This document shows, one piece after another, positions 50,734-62,076 of a stretch of 64,000 nt of DNA (the first letter of the stretch is position 1; every line of letters starts with the position of its first letter). Origin of the DNA: Mesotaenium endlicherianum (taxonomy: Eukaryota); the NCBI GenBank assembly GCA_009602735.1, contig WELA01000984.1, positions 339,097 to 403,096 of the forward strand. Reading direction: 5' to 3'. A model generated the notes under the pieces. The model saw only the letters and a program-made list of their open reading frames with translations. It made no database searches and was not told the origin of the DNA. The position numbers were made by a program, and so were the translations under genes.

Positions 50734-52208
50734 GAGGTCGGCATACCTCTGGCCACCCCGCGTGTCCCTCTTCTGGCACCCCTGTCCTCTGGGGATTTCT
50801 GCTTTTGTCTGCTGCCAAGTACAGTCAGATCAGCTTCTTCCCTTGCTTGGGCAGGTGGGCTGGGGGAGCGAATGCGCGGTTCAATTACCTCCACGGCTGG
50901 GGTCACATGCCATATTCCTAATCTTGGCTCCTAAGGAAGCCTTGCCCTTGCCTGCCAGTGGGTCTCCTGCGTACTACCTCTTGATTCTCTTGCCTGCCCC
51001 TGGGTATCCTGAGTACCAGCTCCTGATGCTTCTCCTTTGCCTTGCTCTTCTTCCTCATCCTTCTCATCCTCCTCCTCTGAGAGAGTAGGAGTCTCGTCCA
51101 CTAAGTCGTCCTGCTCCCTGGTAGACATGGAGTAGTCTACTGACCTCCCTTTCTTAGGACGCGCCGGAGGTTGCTTGGCCTTCAGCCTGCTGATATCTAT
51201 CCGGCCTGCATTCTTTGCCCATTTGACAAAGGTATGCTTTCCCTTAGAGAAGTAGTCTCTCCCCCTCCTCCTGTGCTCTTGGTCTCTGAATTATATTGCT
51301 CAGGCAGCCATTCAGCCTAGGGTCCTAGGGGGCAATGTGAGGTGGTAGGATGAGGTAGCCGTCTAGGCCATAGTGGAAGTCATCTGGTTGGGCTGGGTCA
51401 CATTCCTGTTTTTAATTTGTGACGGTCATCCACCTCCAGTCTGTTGGCTGCTGGTAGTACTGGGGTCCATGCTCAGCTTTCCTCAGTTTACACGGGGACC
51501 ACTGGGGAGAGAACATCTGCTGTCCTGCGTCCTTGGCCAAGTACTCCCAGCTCCTTCTCCCAACTTCATTGTAAGCTGGCAGTAGTGTGAGGTAGAATAC
51601 CGTATCCTTAAAGCTATCGGGCCGCATGCTCACCATTTTGATGAGGATCTGATCTTCCACTGTTCTCGGTATTGGGACTGGCTTGTTCTCTGAATCATCT
51701 GCAAGGTACCGGGCCTGCTCTGCTGTATAGCCCACCATCTTGGCATAATCTTCGTAGAGGACCACACCAGTGTGTGTCTCAATGTACCTATCCAATGCTG
51801 CAGTTCCTTCCCTTTGTAGCAGTGTTGTCTGTTCCAGCTTGTTGATCTCCCGGGCTGCCAGCAATGCTTCCTTCACTTTATCAAAGTTTTGGCCACCCAC
51901 CACAGTATACCTGTAAGTGGCCAAGCTCTTCTGCCTGTCCGCTTCAGCCTTTTTCCTTCTCTCCTCCTTTGCCGCTGCCGCTTCTTCTTGTTGTTCTTCT
52001 GTCTTTCCTCCTCAGCTTTCCTGAGGTTTTCCGCTTCTTGATCCTTCTTCCTCTGTGCTTCTTCTGCCGCCTCTTGTTGTCTGCGGACCCTTTCTTGTTC
52101 TCTCCTTGTGAGGGACGTCGCCGCCAGCTCCTTCTGGTATTGCTCCATTGTCCTCCTGGCTTCTTCTGCCTTGCGCTTTTTCTCCTCCTTTTGTGTGGTG
52201 GGAGCCAT
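50733..52208 (-). pseudogene. Extra ORF (ORF3) of family C element C2, frameshifted and 3'-truncated
   Basis: MAPTTQKEEKKRKAEE coiled coil; YRYTV, DRYIETHTG..Y..YAKMVGYT, DSFKD, RRSWEYLA, PTDWRWMT and FSKGKH..KWA are shared with C1 ORF3. Confidence 0.8.
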
Positions 52209-53284
52209 TCTGCACATGTGACCAGGGCACAAGTTAGTAGGATATCGACCTTTGTCATAGGAGTTGCAGGAAGGGAGTAAGTTCGTATTAGTATGGTATA
52301 TTCGTTCTTGTTTACCTTACAGGGTGATTGCTAGGAGTGGACGTAGTTGCGGTGCGGAAGACGTAAACGTATGAATGTGTTTTCAGGTGTGTTAAGTGAT
52401 GCATTGCTGTGCGAGGCCCTTTTTCCTTCAACCCAAGGTGCTTTATGTGGGCCAGGCTGTCCCTTCTGTCACTATGCTGAGACTTAGGATTCACATAACC
52501 GTCCCATCTGTCACTATGCTGACACTTAGGGGTCACATAACTGTCCCTTTCTCGCTCTCGCACACTAACTGTCATATATTTTCCCCTCCAACTTAAATGG
52601 AGACAGATTCTCCTGTCACCTTCCCGTGTCAACAGAAATGACCGTTAGGGAGGGGCTTCAGCCGCCCGAAGGTGGACCCGTTTCAACGCCCCTTTGGCAT
52701 TAGTCAGCTGGTCTTTAAATTTTCAAGTGTCCCAAGAGGCATCATGTAGTGATTTGAGTTATTATATATTAGTTCGCATATATTTTAATGTTTTCAAATA
52801 TATTTGGAGTAGTATTGTGTGGAGTCAAGTGTGAATAGGTACTCTCGTAACTTGGTTCATGTCCTTTGAACCTTCCAAGGCATTTTCGAAGTTAGAAGAA
52901 AGACCTAGAAGAACTCCATGTGGCAAAAGTCAGATGTGCCATTTTTAAGTCAAAAGGACATGTGTACATTATTCTAGAAAGAGGTGGCAAGTTTTGGGAT
53001 GTGTTGGGTGCCAACACATCAACATACACCTTCCTAGAAATTACTTATGTAGCAAGTATATAAACAAGAGCTAGAACATAGAAAGACATTCCAGAATCAC
53101 TCTTGTACTTGCCAAAATCCAGAAATATATTAACTTTCAAGAAGCCATCTCTCTTTCAAGAAGCTACCACTTGTGTTCAAAGATCCTTGTCTTGAATAGA
53201 TAAAGTATTCTGTTTTACTAAGTACTTTATCTATCTGTTTCACTACAGTGGTATCGGAGCTAGGCACTTTGGTAGCACAAGAAG

Positions 53285-54565
53285 ATGGCCGATCCCCAAG
53301 ACCAACAGCAAGCTTTCGAAGGAAGCCCTTCCTCTCCAAGACACCCTCCTCCAGCGCCGATGGGAGAGCCCACTCAAGAAAATCTGAAACAACAAGAAGC
53401 ACCACAAAGAGGAGCACACCCTCCTCCAACGTCGATGGGAGAGCCTACTCAAGGAAATCTCCAACAACAAGAAGCACCACAAGGAGGAGCACCGTCAAAT
53501 CCCGTGGCAGCCGCTATAGCAAAGTTAACCCCACCACAAGGAGTTCCCGCAAATGAGTGGGCAGCCTTCCTAATGACCGTCCACAACCAAGTGGGCCTGG
53601 CCACCTATGAAGCAACCGTGCAAGCGTCAAGAGAAGCTATGGCTGCCATGGTTGCCCCTATTGCGAGCAATGCTCAAAATCCAGCCCCGGCTCAAGCGCC
53701 TCCACAAGAGCCAACGAGAGCAAGGAAACTCATCAAGCCCGGCAAACCCGACACTTTCAACCCCGGGAAAGGTGCCAACCTGAATTTATGGCTCTACCAA
53801 GTGGAGACGTACCTCGCGTTCCTTGAAGTACCCGAGGAGGACTACGTTCCCTTTGCCGTTACCTTACTTAGAGGAGCAGCAACATCATGGTGGCGTAACT
53901 ATCAAGCGGCTATATATCAAGCTATGGCGCACCCCATGCTCGGCCAAGAGCCCCCACCATCATATGCAAGATGGGCAGATTTTCGTGAGGCCCTCAAGAA
54001 GCAATTCATGCCCATCAATGCGGAGAAGATTGCCCGAGGAAAGCTCCACCATCTCAAGCAAACGACGTCCGTTCAAGAGTATACATCCAGATTTCACGCC
54101 CTCACTCTTGAGATCCCCAACATGTCTCTCGAGGAGAAGATTGACCGTTACATCTTTGGCCTCAAACCCAAGGTGGCAAAGGAAGTGGAGTTACGCGACT
54201 TGACGGACTTCTCAAAGATCATTGAAGTGGCCCAAAAGGTGGATACCTTGGATTTCAAGCACTCCGTGCCTTCATCTTCACGGGTACCGACGACGCGGGT
54301 GTACGCAGCCCCTTCCACATCCGAATCTGGACCCACACCCATGGAAATCGGAGTTATTAAAAGGGACCCCGCGGCTGCCCGGAAGAGTGGAAGACCCTCC
54401 AATGACACTTATGATGCAAGAAACCAGCAAGGAGTGAAAGCAAGACTCTCCCCGGCTGAAAAAGAAGCTCTCATGACGGCTGGACTATGCTTCTATTGCA
54501 AGGAAAAGGGCCATCGTGCACTTTCATGCCCCAAAAAGTTGTCAAAAAACGGACAGCGCCGGTAG
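53285..54565 (+). CDS. gag: A2 Gag, 426 aa
   Basis: Retrotransposon gag motif [10 protein letters not shown] and CCHC knuckle [14 protein letters not shown]. Confidence 0.95.
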   Translation: MADPQDQQQAFEGSPSSPRHPPPAPMGEPTQENLKQQEAPQRGAHPPPTSMGEPTQGNLQQQEAPQGGAPSNPVAAAIAKLTPPQGVPANEWAAFLMTVHNQVGLATYEATVQASREAMAAMVAPIASNAQNPAPAQAPPQEPTRARKLIKPGKPDTFNPGKGANLNLWLYQVETYLAFLEVPEEDYVPFAVTLLRGAATSWWRNYQAAIYQAMAHPMLGQEPPPSYARWADFREALKKQFMPINAEKIARGKLHHLKQTTSVQEYTSRFHALTLEIPNMSLEEKIDRYIFGLKPKVAKEVELRDLTDFSKIIEVAQKVDTLDFKHSVPSSSRVPTTRVYAAPSTSESGPTPMEIGVIKRDPAAARKSGRPSNDTYDARNQQGVKARLSPAEKEALMTAGLCFYCKEKGHRALSCPKKLSKNGQRR

Positions 54566-57500
54566 GCCAGGAGCCTACCACCCCAAGACCCACTTCACGA
54601 GAAGGCAACACGCCAAGTGAGGTGGAGACCCCCGTTGAAGACGACGTTCCAGCCCCAATGAGTTTGAGAGGTTACCTTGGAGGAGAGAAGGTCCACATCT
54701 TGGTGGATAGCGGAGCTCAAGGCAACTTCATTGCTGCAGATTTTGCCACCAAGCACGGTATTACTATGCGAACTCTTGACCACGACGAGGAGATTATGAT
54801 GCCCGATGGATTCTCCTATACTACCCCTTCCAAGAAGACGTACCCCTTGGCACTCTCTATCAAGTCCTTCAAGGATAGAGTAGTGTTCTCCCCCATGCAA
54901 TTGGGCAAGTACGACGTCATCCTAGGGACGCCTTGGTTGACCAAGCACAACCCCCAAGTTGATTGGAGGACCGGTACTATCAAGATCAAGAATGACATCA
55001 CTTCAAGAATCTGTATTTTGCGCGCAATCCAGAATATCCAGACCCAAGACATCCAGAAGCCGGCACACGAGATACTATTGTCCGCCCTCCAACTCAAGAG
55101 ACTTGTGAGGAAGGGACACGAGCTTCTTTTGGCCTTGATCACGCCAAAAGACATCAAGAAAGACATCGAGAGTCAAGAAGGCAGCCCCGTTCCCAAGGAG
55201 ATACAAGAAGTCTTTGAGGACTACAAAGAAGTGTTCTCCCCGGAATTGCCCAAGGGCCTACCCCCCAAAAGATTCGTAGACCACAAGATAGAGTTGGAGC
55301 CCGGAAGCAAGCCCATCTCTCGGCCTACGTTCAAAATGTCATACACGGAGCTAGACGAAGTCAAGAAGCAAATCAAGGAGCTACTGGAGCATGGCTTCAT
55401 TCGACCTAGCAAGTCGCCATTTGGAGCCCCGGTGCTATTTGTCAAGAAGAAAGATGGTACCTTGAGGATGTGTGTGGACTATCGCGCCCTCAACAAGATC
55501 ACCATCAAGAATCGATACCCGCTGCCGCGCATGGATGAGCTCATGGACCGGCTGGTTGGAGCCAAGTACTTCACGAAGATTGACTTACGGAGCGGCTACC
55601 ACCAGATTCGCATCGCAGAACCGGACATAGAGAAGACGGCATTCAGGACAAGATATGGACATTTTGAGTTCATGGTCCTGCCATTTGGACTCACCAACGC
55701 GCCAGCAACTTTCATGACTATGATGAACACCATATTTCAGCCCATGTTGGACAGATTTGTGGTGGTATTCATCGATGACATCCTTATCTACAGCAAGACC
55801 CTTGAAGAGCATGCGAGACACTTGAAAGAAGTCCTTGAAGTATTGAAGCAAAACAAGCTGTTTGCGAAGGAGTCAAAATGCGAGTTTGCCAAACAAGAAG
55901 TGGAGTTCCTAGGTCTCCACGTGACTGCTGATGGCATCAAGATAGACCCCAAGAAGACCACGGTGGTGGAGGAATGGCCAACCCCCACGACCAAGAAAGA
56001 ACTCCAGTCATTCTTGGGATTTGCCAATTGGTACAGAAAATTCATCCAAGGCTTCTCGCACATAGCAGCCCCCCTGACAGATCTACTCAAGAAGGACAGG
56101 CTATATACATGGACCGAGAAAGAGGAAGAGGCATTTCAAGAGTTAAAGCGAAGATTGACCACATCCCCGGTGCTCACACTCCCAAGTCCAAACCCAGATT
56201 GGCCCTTCCACGTCATCACCGATGCATCTTCCTATGCAATAGGAGCAATCCTGCTTCAAGACCAAGGCAAGGGACTGCAGCCCATCGCCTACGAGTCAAG
56301 GAAGCTAAATCCAGCCGAGCAAAATTATACAACCACGGAGCGAGAGGCATTGGCGATTGTACATGCCTTGAAGGTTTGGCGCTGCTACGTTGAAGGACGC
56401 AAAGTACTGGTCACCACGGACCACGAGGCGTTAAAGCACCTCCAAACGCAGCCGTATCTCTCAAGGAGACAAGCAAGATGGAGCGGATACTTGCAACAAT
56501 ACAACATCACGATTCAGTACCAGCCCGGCAAGACAAACCCGGCTGACCCCCTCTCAAGACTGCAATTAAATGCAGTGATGGTATCCCTGAAGACAGATCT
56601 GGAAGCTCGATTTTCAGCCGCCTATGAAAGAGACCCTTACTACAAGAACGGAGAAGCAGCCTTGGACCCATGCAAGAAGCAAGAAGGCAATTATTGGGTG
56701 AGGCAAGATACGGGCCAGAGATGTGTTCCTAATGACTTAGACCTCCGGCTCTTGCTTCTACGAGAAGCACACGACAACCCTCTTGGAGGACACTTTGGAA
56801 TCCTAAGGACCACGGGCGTTCTAGCTAGGACTTATTGTTGGCCAGGCATGTCTAAGCAAGTCAAGGAGTACTGCAGGAGCTGTGACACATGCCAAAGAAT
56901 CAAGCCATCATCGCAAAAGGCGGGAGGACTCCTCCAACCACTACCAATCCCCGAAAGACAATGGACGGACATCTCAATGGACCTTATCGTGGACTTGCCC
57001 GTGACACCTCGAGGCCATAATGCAATACTCACGGTGGTGGACAGACTTACCAAGATGGCTCATTTTATTCCCACGACGACTAAGGCTACAGCACCACAAC
57101 TTGCAAGACTCATCTTTGACAACATCTTCCGACTCCATGGACTACCATCAAGAATTGTGTCAGATAGAGATCCAAGATTCACAAGCCATTTCTGGAAAAA
57201 TCTCTTCAAGAACTTGGGTACATCGCTGGATATGTCTACTGCCTACCACCCACAATCAGATGGGCAAACCGAGCGTATGAATCGTACCCTAAAGACCTCT
57301 CTAAAGGCCTACGTGTCTACCCTCGAGCAAGACTGGGACATGTACTTGACCCCCCTCGAGTTTGCCTACAACAACACTACGCAGGCCTCTACCCAAGAGT
57401 CCCCATTCTTCCTCAACTATGGCTTCCATCCGACCACGCCACTGAGCTTCACGGCTGGCCATGATGAAGTACCTGCAGCCACAGATTTTATGGAGACATT

Positions 57501-58071
57501 AGAAGCAGCCCTTACAGCAGCGAAGAAAGCTCTACAACACGCGCAAGATGCTCAAGCAAGAGTGGCGAACAGATCCAGAAGAGAAATTACGTACAGAGTG
57601 GGTGACAACGTGTTACTATCATCCAAGAACATTTCCCTGAACAACAGGCCTGCCGGCAGCAAGTTCTCTCCCAAGTATTTGGGACCCTTCAAGATTATCC
57701 AGCAAGTCAACCCCGTTGCTTTCAAGCTAGAACTTCCCCAGACTATGCACATCGACCCCGTATTCCACGCTTTCCTCTTCAAGTTGTATGTGCAACCCGA
57801 CAACAAGTTCCCAGGACGTGTGACAACCCCACCAGCCCCAACAATAGTGGATGATCATTTGGAGTACGAAGTGGAAGACATAGTGGCTATGAGAAATTTC
57901 AGGAGACAGCAGCAATACTTGATCAAGTGGAAAGGATATCCAGATTCGGAGAATAGTTGGGTGGCGGCGCACTACCTTGACAAAGTTCAGAGAAAGTTGA
58001 AGCGCTTCCATGCCGCCAACCCCCATCTTCGACCAGCCCCAAGTCTCTCTACTAAAAGCCCGAAGACTTGA
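54487..58071 (+). CDS. pol: A2 Pol (protease, RT, RNase H, integrase, chromodomain), -1 frame relative to gag
   Basis: LVDSGA; FIDDIL; TDASS/ERE/TDH; HHCC zinc finger; DLI/SDRD/ERMN integrase DDE; GPF motif; chromodomain YEVEDIV...[15 protein letters not shown]. Confidence 0.96.
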   Translation: MLLLQGKGPSCTFMPQKVVKKRTAPVGQEPTTPRPTSREGNTPSEVETPVEDDVPAPMSLRGYLGGEKVHILVDSGAQGNFIAADFATKHGITMRTLDHDEEIMMPDGFSYTTPSKKTYPLALSIKSFKDRVVFSPMQLGKYDVILGTPWLTKHNPQVDWRTGTIKIKNDITSRICILRAIQNIQTQDIQKPAHEILLSALQLKRLVRKGHELLLALITPKDIKKDIESQEGSPVPKEIQEVFEDYKEVFSPELPKGLPPKRFVDHKIELEPGSKPISRPTFKMSYTELDEVKKQIKELLEHGFIRPSKSPFGAPVLFVKKKDGTLRMCVDYRALNKITIKNRYPLPRMDELMDRLVGAKYFTKIDLRSGYHQIRIAEPDIEKTAFRTRYGHFEFMVLPFGLTNAPATFMTMMNTIFQPMLDRFVVVFIDDILIYSKTLEEHARHLKEVLEVLKQNKLFAKESKCEFAKQEVEFLGLHVTADGIKIDPKKTTVVEEWPTPTTKKELQSFLGFANWYRKFIQGFSHIAAPLTDLLKKDRLYTWTEKEEEAFQELKRRLTTSPVLTLPSPNPDWPFHVITDASSYAIGAILLQDQGKGLQPIAYESRKLNPAEQNYTTTEREALAIVHALKVWRCYVEGRKVLVTTDHEALKHLQTQPYLSRRQARWSGYLQQYNITIQYQPGKTNPADPLSRLQLNAVMVSLKTDLEARFSAAYERDPYYKNGEAALDPCKKQEGNYWVRQDTGQRCVPNDLDLRLLLLREAHDNPLGGHFGILRTTGVLARTYCWPGMSKQVKEYCRSCDTCQRIKPSSQKAGGLLQPLPIPERQWTDISMDLIVDLPVTPRGHNAILTVVDRLTKMAHFIPTTTKATAPQLARLIFDNIFRLHGLPSRIVSDRDPRFTSHFWKNLFKNLGTSLDMSTAYHPQSDGQTERMNRTLKTSLKAYVSTLEQDWDMYLTPLEFAYNNTTQASTQESPFFLNYGFHPTTPLSFTAGHDEVPAATDFMETLEAALTAAKKALQHAQDAQARVANRSRREITYRVGDNVLLSSKNISLNNRPAGSKFSPKYLGPFKIIQQVNPVAFKLELPQTMHIDPVFHAFLFKLYVQPDNKFPGRVTTPPAPTIVDDHLEYEVEDIVAMRNFRRQQQYLIKWKGYPDSENSWVAAHYLDKVQRKLKRFHAANPHLRPAPSLSTKSPKT
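54544..54579 (+). promoter_or_regulatory. Putative -1 ribosomal frameshift signal (A_AAA_AAC plus hairpin)
   Basis: In-phase slippery heptamer at 54544-54550; hairpin GGTAGGC-CAGGA-GCCTACC at 54561-54579; identical in A1. Confidence 0.75.
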
Positions 58072-60003
58072 GGGAGGCAGCCTGCCACCATCAAAAAGCA
58101 GCAGAAGACCCCTTGGAGGCAGCCCGCAAGAACCACAAAGAGGAAAAAATGACATTAGACACTTTTCTCTTCTTGCAGTTTCTGAACAAAAAACTAAAAC
58201 TGCTACTGGCNAACAAAAAACTGAAACTGCTACTGGCGATAGGTCTCTTCATAATAAATTTTGAAAATTTACTTGGCTGTAGTCCATGAGTAGTCGGTCA
58301 TTTGGAGTCCAAGTTTGCTCAATTTGGAGCAGTGGTGAGAGAGATATGATGCTCTAAGAAGAAGGGGGTCCGACTGCTGGCATTGTTAGGGCAGAATATG
58401 CCTTCTGACATTGTGCCATCCTCTGAACTTGGAATGCTCTGAAACTCAAGACTCTGGTGAAACATCTTACAGCGCCTAGTTTGAGACTTAGTTTGCAGAA
58501 TTTGGAGAAGCATAGAAGGACTTATGATTTTCAGAAGTTTCTGAACATATTTGGAGGAGTGCCTACTCTCTCAGCTCTCAACGACAGTCCAGAGATTAGA
58601 ATGCTCTCAAATTTGGTGACTCGGTAGAGTTCTCCGACGCGGTCCGTTTGGCACTCGAATTTTCAGATTTGGAACAGTTCTGTGGCCTCTATGAATTTTT
58701 GAGTTCGTGGCAGATTTGGGCCAACTTGTACAATTTTCTTTATCATTAAGGAGTAGGCTAGCCAATAAGGTCACACCACCTACGACCTTGCCTAGTCTAC
58801 CTTACATGTGTAGCACCTGACTTGGCGCCTTTGACTAGTCCTCTTCACATGTGTGGCATCTGACTTGAAACTGTTGACTAGTTTGCTCCACATGTGTAAG
58901 ACCTGACTTGACGCGCCGAGACGTCGCTTTTTCTATCGGGGGGGTGATGTAGTGATTGGAGTTATTATATATTAGTNCGCGCCGAGTCGTCGCTTTTTCT
59001 ATCAGGGGGGTGATGTAGTGATTGGAGTTATTATATATTAGTTCGCATATATTTTAATGTTTTCAAATATATTTGGAGTAGTATTGTGTGGAGTCAAGTG
59101 TGAATAGGTACTCTAGTAACTTGGTTCATGTCCTTTGAACCTTCCAAGGCATTTTCGAAGTTAGAGGAAAGACCTAGAAGAACTCCATGTGGCAAAAGTC
59201 AAATGTGCCATTTTTAGGTCAAAAGGACATGTGTACATTATTCTAGAAAGAGGTGGCAAGTTTTGGGATGTGTTGGGTGCCAACACATCAACATACACCT
59301 TCCTAGAAATTACTTATGTAGCAAGTATATAAACAAGAGCTAGAACATAGAAAGACACTCGAGAATCACTCTTGTACTTGCCAAAATCCAGAAATATATT
59401 AACTTTCAAGAAGCCATCTCTCTTTCAAGAAGCTACCACTTGTGTTCAAAGATCCTTGTCTTGAATAGATAAAGTATTATGTTTTACTAAGTACTCTATC
59501 TATCTGTTTCACTACACATCATAACCCTTCCATCGAATGAGGTACTTCATGACATATTTAGACGATCAACGGATCGAGCGCGCGTCTAAAATCTCCTCAA
59601 CCTCATATTCCTCAGGGTCGTCGTCCCGGACAGTGGGGACCGGTCCCGGTTGGACAGGTAACCGACCTGTGAACTATGTATTACCGTTGATGTATGGTTC
59701 CAGGAAGGAGACATTAAAGACAAAGTGACCCTTGTATTCGGCTAACATGTTCAGTTTGTAAGCATTTTGACCGACACGACGCACCACCGAATGTGGACCG
59801 ACGTAGACGAGACCAAGCTTTTTCTTGACCACACCAGGGAGGTACAGGTGCTGAGAATGCAGTTTGACCAAATCGCCCTTAGAAAATGTGAGCTCCCGAC
59901 GGTGTTGATTAGTGTATTTTTGTTGATTTTCTTGGGCTTTGTGCAGGTTTTGTTGGACGTTAGACAGGGTGTCAGCAAACTCCTCAGTTAATTGGAGGGA
60001 GAC

Positions 60004-60509
60004 TGTAGTGAAACAGATAGATGAAGTACTTAGTGAAATAGAATACTTTATCTATTCAAGACAAGGATCTTTGAACACAAGTGGTAGCTTCTTGAAAGAG
60101 AGATGGCTTCTTGAAAGTTAATATATATTTCTGGATTTTTGGCAAGTACAAGAGTGATTTTGGAATGTCTTTCTATGTTCTAGCTCTTGTTTATATACTT
60201 GTTACATAAGTAATTTCTAGGAAAGTGTATGTTGATGTGTTGGCACCCAACACATCCCAAAACTTGCCACCTCTTTCTAGAATAATGTACACATGTCCTT
60301 TTGACCTAAAAATGGCACATCTGACTTTTGCCACATGGAGTTCTTCTAGGTCTTTCCTCTAACTTCGAAAATGCCTTGGAAGGTTCAAAGGACATGAACC
60401 AAGTTACTAGAGCACCTATTCACACTTGACTCCACACAATACTACTCCAAATATATTTGAAAACATTAAAATATATGCAAACTAATATATAATAATTCAA
60501 ATCATTACA
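60004..60509 (-). mobile_element. Solo LTR, family A
   Basis: TG...CA ends, TSD GAGAC/GAGAC, inside the C2 integrase. Confidence 0.95.
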
Positions 60510-62076
60510 GAGACCGAGTTCTCAATCCCTTCAAGGTGAGTTAAAGACTTCCCTAGGACATCTAAAGGAGACTTAGGGACTCTACCCAGGCTCAGTTCAA
60601 AAGGAGTCTTGCCCGTTGACGCGTGCACCGCACTGTTGACCGCAAACTGGATTTGAGGTAACAGGTCATCCCAATTATCTTGTTTTCGGTTAATATGGGC
60701 TCTCAGTACCTCTTGCAGAACTCGGTTATTTCTTTCAGTTTGACCATCAGTCTGAGGGTGGTTTGCTGTGCTAAGCAGCTGTCTGACTCCCATTAACCCC
60801 ATTAAAGCCCTCCAGAACTTAGAGGTAAATTTTGAGTCTCTGTCTGAGATTATATTAGAAGGTAGCCCATGTTGGCATACTACATGGTTGTAAAACTGTC
60901 TCGCTGTTTCGAGTGCAGTCACTTTGACAGTTGTGGGGATGAAAATGACCATTTTTGTCAGTTTATCCACGACTACCAATATCAAATCATGCCCATTAGC
61001 AGTTCGTGGTAGTGTGACCACCCAGTCCATGGATATAGATTCCCAGCGTCCAGCTGGGATGGGCAGTGGTTGTAAGAGGCCCCCCGGTGGTGTGTGCCTA
61101 GACTTATTCTTTTGACATTGGTCACAGGACTTAACGTATTTCAAGACCTCCCGAGGTAATCCCTCCCAATGATAATGTTTTGCGAGTTTGCCAACAGTCT
61201 TGGCCTGCCCAAATGCCCACCCAGTAAACTGTCATGTGCTTGACTCAATAAAAGAGACCTTATTTCGAAGTTATTAGGAATGACCAGCTTCAGCTTGCCT
61301 GAAGTGGTTTCAGTCACCCAGACCCCTCCCTTAAGTTTATACCCGAGTGCAGTAGCACGACACACACCAGTAGTGGGGCTGGGCTCAAATGTTGGGTCAG
61401 AAAGGTAGGCTTTTCTAAGTTGTTCGAGGAAGGACTTTTTCATCTTTAGTGAAGTGAGTGCACACAGGACTTTAACTACAGCATGCTGATTAAAGTTCCT
61501 TTCTTGCAAGTCAGGTCTTCCAGAGAGTGCATCAGCAGGATTCAACTTCCCTGATTTGTAGTCGATCTGGACATGAAACTGCTCCAGCATCTGGCTCCAG
61601 TGGTTCTCCCTCCTCGACAGCTTGGACTTCTTCTGAAAGTGGGTCAGAGCTAGATGAGGTGTAATCACCTTAAAAGCTTTACCATGTCAGTATGCTCTCC
61701 ATTGTTTGAGCACATGAATGAAAGCTAGAAGCTCTTTATCATGCTCTGAGTAATTAATCTCCGCTGGATTAAATTTCATAGACTCGTACGACACAGGGTG
61801 CCACTCCTGCCTTACCTTACCATCCTTTGTGGTTTTCTCAGCAGGCTGCAACAAAATAGCACCCATGGCAAAGTCAGAAGCATCAGTGACCACCTGCACC
61901 GGTTTGCCGGGGTCATACACGGCTAGCACTGGGGCAGAACAAAGAGCATCTTTAAGGGTCTGGAAGGCAGCCTGCTGCTCTTCCCCCCACACATACCCTA
62001 TGTCTTTCTTAGTAAGGTCAGTCAGTTTACTGGCCATTGTAGAATAATTCTCAATAAATCTCTTGTAGTAGTTAGC

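Larger units (their letters stand above)
52745..59516 (+). mobile_element. Full-length family A Ty3/gypsy chromovirus (A2), potentially autonomous
   Basis: LTRs 52745-53247 and 59014-59516 (about 10 mismatches by eye); TSD CATCA/CATCA; PBS TGGTATCGGAGC at 53249-53260; PPT GGGGGGTGA; uninterrupted gag and pol. Confidence 0.97.
52645..62076 (-). pseudogene. C2 pol (RT connection, RNase H, integrase, chromodomain), interrupted by A2 and a family A solo LTR
   Basis: TDASDFAMGA, NYSEHDKELLA, WESISMDWV, ISDRDSKFTS, DGQTERNN; chromodomain split at WKGY|DAS by A2. Confidence 0.88.

Noticed and set aside
58319..58513. Antisense ~64-aa ORF in the family A 3' UTR, open in all three copies
   Set aside because: Short, non-ATG start in two copies, and the copies are too similar for openness to imply selection.
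58948..59013. Apparent duplicated PPT and LTR start; similar short duplications at about 58185-58237 and 62295-62332
   Set aside because: Each straddles a single N, typical of unmerged overlapping contig ends.
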